Shown here: positions 61,424 through 64,000 of the stretch, piece after piece
How the letters are laid out: each line of letters begins with the position of its first letter
How positions within the stretch are numbered: the stretch's first letter is position 1
Source: Monocercomonoides exilis PA203
Taxonomy: Eukaryota > Protista > Preaxostyla
Direction: 5' to 3'
Assembly: GCA_001643675.2 (NCBI GenBank)
Contig: LSRY02000022.1
Span: 806,001 to 870,000, forward strand
Length of the DNA stretch: 64,000 nt
The notes under the pieces: model-generated
What the model saw: only the letters and a program-made list of their open reading frames with translations
The model's database searches: none
What the model was told of the DNA's origin: nothing
Program-made: the position numbers and the translations under genes

Positions 61424-63823
61424 ATGTCTCAACTTCTTCAGTTTGCAAATGAAACTAAACAACCCCAGAAAAGAAACGTTACTACAAAGGAAACACTCCA
61501 TATTATGAAAGATTTTAATGAGCAATTCAACAAATATGAATCGATTAAACATTTGGCTATTTTGCTTGGAAAAAGTCAAACAGGAAAAAGCACAATGATA
61601 GCTGCTTTATTGGGAATACCACTTAAAGAAACAAGGGAAGGAAAAATCGTGAAAGTCAGCGAATTATCTATTGGACCAAAAATTGGAAATGGGAGAGTTG
61701 CCCAAACACAGCTTCCAACAGCATATAAACTGGATGATCGTGTTTGCCTGTTGGATACACGCGGATTTCATGGATGTAATATCGACATTGAAACAGACAT
61801 TCTTAGTACACTAATCTTAGAAGTTAATCTGAGAAAATGCAGCAATGTTTCAGTTTTGTACTTAACTGAATTTGGTAATTATTTCGATTTCTCAAAACTG
61901 GAAGCAGATATGCTACTGGTGAACGATATTTGTGAGGATATGAATCTGCCCGTTTTATTTGTTGCCAACAAGTGCAAAGAGCCACTGAAATACGAGCTGA
62001 AAGCAAACAAAGAACCTGAAGAGACCCAAATAACGGAAATTGAGAAATCCCTTCACGGACAGTTCATGGAAATGTATAAGGAGCAAATGTATGAGATCCA
62101 AAATAAATATTTCAAGGAACTTAATCTTTCAGATCCAAGTGCACAAAGTGATGAAAAGACATTGAAAGTCATCCATGAAAAAATTGAAACTGCAACAGGG
62201 TTGGAACAAGCAAATTTGGAGAAGTGTTTGAAACAACTAAAAATCCTCACTATCCTGAGAAAGGCACTTGAAGAAGGACGATTCATATTTAATGATCCAG
62301 TGAACAGTTTCTCAGTTGATAGACTGAGAGGCATTTTACGTGATGAACGATATTTTGTGCATTCTAATCGTTTATCGCTTGGTAGATGCACACCAGAATC
62401 ATCGATGTTCCTTAATTCAGTTTCTGAAATGGCGATTAAACTGAGTTGGCTTGTGGAAGCAATGATCGGCAGAATGCATTTCCCCAAAAATTTGGCATCG
62501 ACCAAAGAAGCATGCGAATCTTTCATAAGGATGCTGGAACAAGACAGCAGCAAGCTGAGTGGAAATGAAATGAAACTCTACGATGACTTGAGAAAATTAG
62601 ATGTTGAAAGTCCAGAACTTGTTGAAACTCGAATCGAAAATGAAGAGAATTCAATAAAGGAAATTGAAAAATTGATAAAAGACAATAATGATCTAATCTC
62701 ATCGCTCGATACGGATGAGTCTGTTTTGTACGAAAAATATCATTTTGAGAAAAAAGATGGATTCTTTTCAAGTGAAATAGTTGTCGAAAAACCTGTCAAA
62801 GTCCCAGGCTCAATGTTCAAATTTATTCCAGAGAATGAATTAACTCATGCCGATGAGGACAAATTGAAGCCAAAAATCGAAAATGGATGGTTTCGAGGAG
62901 CATTCAAGGCAGAAAAAGGAATTAAAAAAATAATTGAACCCAGTGTTTCATTGATAACACAGCTATTAACATTCAATCCAATAATATCTGCAATTGGTTC
63001 AATTGGAACCAAAGTTGTTGGTCATGCTTTGAATTATTTCATGCCTGATCGGGCATGTGCCTGTGAAGGAACAATTGAGTTTTATGCCCAATCTGGTGAC
63101 ATTCCATCAAATAAGCAAAAAATTGAACAATATAGGATCAAAATTTTTGAGATGGTTAAACAGGCTGAAAAGGTTAGAAAAAACATTGACTTTTTGAATG
63201 ATACAAAGAAGAAAATAAACAATACAAAGACAATGCTTGAAGAAGCAGAAATGATGAAAGCAGTTTGGCAGAAAAGAGTAGAAAAAGTGGAAGAAATTTT
63301 GCGGTTTTGTGATGAATGCGACAAGAAATATAAAGAAAGTCGAAAATTGATTGATCAGCTGTATTTTTTTGCAAAGCACTATCTTCCACAGACGTTTGTG
63401 AATCGATTCAAAGCAGGCAAATCAATTCCATCAACTTTGAAATCCTTTTTGCCATCTTCTTCTGCTGTGCCATCAATATCAAGTTCTTTTGACGTGTGCC
63501 AGGAAAAAGAATCTTCTTTCTCAGCTGAATCCTCATTTTTGCCCTGTGTTTGTGAATGCAAAGCAAATGAAGATGAAGAGGAGGAGCAAGACTTGCCACT
63601 TGAACAACAAGTTGATGAAGACAAAAAGATTTTGGCGAGGTTTATGGTTGCATTAGAGAAACTGGAAGAAACTCACAAACAGCAAAATACTATTTCTTTG
63701 GAGTTTGCGGGAAAATTTGATCCAAAAGAAGTGGAAAAGAGTATTGATGAAATCGGAAAAATATATCATCAGACTGCTGGATGTATTGGATATTTCGAGC
63801 AATTCAAAAAATGCATATTTTAA
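61424..63823 (+). CDS. Intronless TRAFAC-class P-loop GTPase with long helical/coiled-coil C-terminus
   Basis: G1 GKSQTGKST, G2 Thr (AQTQLP), G3 DTRG, G4 NKCK. Coiled coils flank a hydrophobic segment. Confidence 0.8.
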   Translation: MSQLLQFANETKQPQKRNVTTKETLHIMKDFNEQFNKYESIKHLAILLGKSQTGKSTMIAALLGIPLKETREGKIVKVSELSIGPKIGNGRVAQTQLPTAYKLDDRVCLLDTRGFHGCNIDIETDILSTLILEVNLRKCSNVSVLYLTEFGNYFDFSKLEADMLLVNDICEDMNLPVLFVANKCKEPLKYELKANKEPEETQITEIEKSLHGQFMEMYKEQMYEIQNKYFKELNLSDPSAQSDEKTLKVIHEKIETATGLEQANLEKCLKQLKILTILRKALEEGRFIFNDPVNSFSVDRLRGILRDERYFVHSNRLSLGRCTPESSMFLNSVSEMAIKLSWLVEAMIGRMHFPKNLASTKEACESFIRMLEQDSSKLSGNEMKLYDDLRKLDVESPELVETRIENEENSIKEIEKLIKDNNDLISSLDTDESVLYEKYHFEKKDGFFSSEIVVEKPVKVPGSMFKFIPENELTHADEDKLKPKIENGWFRGAFKAEKGIKKIIEPSVSLITQLLTFNPIISAIGSIGTKVVGHALNYFMPDRACACEGTIEFYAQSGDIPSNKQKIEQYRIKIFEMVKQAEKVRKNIDFLNDTKKKINNTKTMLEEAEMMKAVWQKRVEKVEEILRFCDECDKKYKESRKLIDQLYFFAKHYLPQTFVNRFKAGKSIPSTLKSFLPSSSAVPSISSSFDVCQEKESSFSAESSFLPCVCECKANEDEEEEQDLPLEQQVDEDKKILARFMVALEKLEETHKQQNTISLEFAGKFDPKEVEKSIDEIGKIYHQTAGCIGYFEQFKKCIF

Positions 63824-64000
63824 ACTCTGAAAAGGAAATTGAAACGTTTTCCATTGAACCTTCTTCCATTGATTGAAAGATGAACATTGAGTTGCATTTT
63901 TATTTATATTCTGTTTTGTTTTTTGGATCTTGATTTGAAATGGGACGATTTATTTTCTTCACAAATTTTGTTCCACACAATGCTTTCTAATGTTTTTCTC

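Overview
AT-rich, intron-containing eukaryotic DNA read with the standard genetic code. It has short ~60-70 bp GT-AG introns and very low-complexity Ser- and Glu/Lys-rich ORFs. It also carries a lineage-specific ~440-aa gene family; together these resemble the oxymonad Monocercomonoides (inference, not verified). The window is dominated by mobile DNA. There are three diverged, decayed DIRS-type tyrosine-recombinase (YR) retrotransposons at 5923-9812 (+), 15584-20148 (+) and 32842-37658 (-). Their ITRs can be read directly, two retain an internal complementary region (ICR), and all appear to use an AA dinucleotide at the termini or circle junction. In the middle element the gag and RT genes are replaced by an array of a 21-bp quasi-palindromic motif (CGC-N8-GCG) separated by variable purine-rich spacers; this is the most unusual structure seen. 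There are also several nested MITEs, including TA-TSD families and a GGG...CCC element with an ATAT TSD, plus a decayed Sola-like DDD transposase. Host genes include a multi-ubiquitin-like/RING-H2 protein, two paralogs of an expanded family, a coiled-coil protein, a membrane-anchored S41-peptidase-like protein with a degenerate active site, and an intronless P-loop GTPase/coiled-coil protein.
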